From Myxococcota bacterium (lineage in GTDB: Bacteria > Myxococcota_A > UBA9160 > PR03), in assembly GCA_041611735.1 (NCBI GenBank), contig JBFIML010000066.1:1-14634 (forward strand): DNA of 14,634 bases. The letters run 5' to 3'. The position numbers and the translations under genes are program-made. The notes beneath the pieces were generated by a model, which saw only the letters and a program-made list of their open reading frames with translations, had not been told where the DNA came from and did no database searches. Shown here piece by piece: positions 14,597 through 14,634 of this stretch. How positions within the stretch are numbered: the first letter of the stretch is position 1; each line of letters begins with the position of its first letter.

Positions 14597-14634
14597 ATCG
14601 GTTCTGCGCAAGTTGAAAACGATCCAGACGCAAA

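Noticed and set aside
1-14634. CRISPR arrays, tRNA/rRNA genes, IS elements, and sterol biosynthesis core genes (osc, sqe)
   Set aside because: I saw no spaced direct repeats, cloverleaf or rRNA signatures, transposases or cyclase motifs.

Overview
This is high-GC bacterial DNA. A PEP-CTERM gene with a sigma-54 promoter indicates a Gram-negative (diderm) host rather than an actinobacterium. Bases 1-8292 hold a divergent, TetR-controlled sterol-modification cluster. It matches gene for gene most of the Mycobacterium tuberculosis cyp51 locus (Rv0762c-Rv0771), in rearranged order: aldA-like ALDH <- SDR <- TetR | CYP123-like P450 -> SDR -> CYP51 -> [3Fe-4S] ferredoxin -> SnoaL/NTF2 protein -> cyclopropylsterol isomerase -> beta-hydroxyacid dehydrogenase -> CMD-family protein. 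The standout is a translationally coupled homolog of plant cycloeucalenol cycloisomerase (CPI1), the enzyme that makes the CYP51 substrate obtusifoliol. This suggests an inducible bacterial system for ring-opening and demethylating cycloartenol-type sterols. The CYP123-like gene appears to start at a non-canonical CTG. Bases 8337-14634 hold unlinked accessory genes: AhpC/TSA redoxin, FAD oxidoreductase, DUF4336, SDR, VOC protein, a membrane protein and the PEP-CTERM protein. All homology calls rest on motifs and remembered reference sequences, not on database searches.
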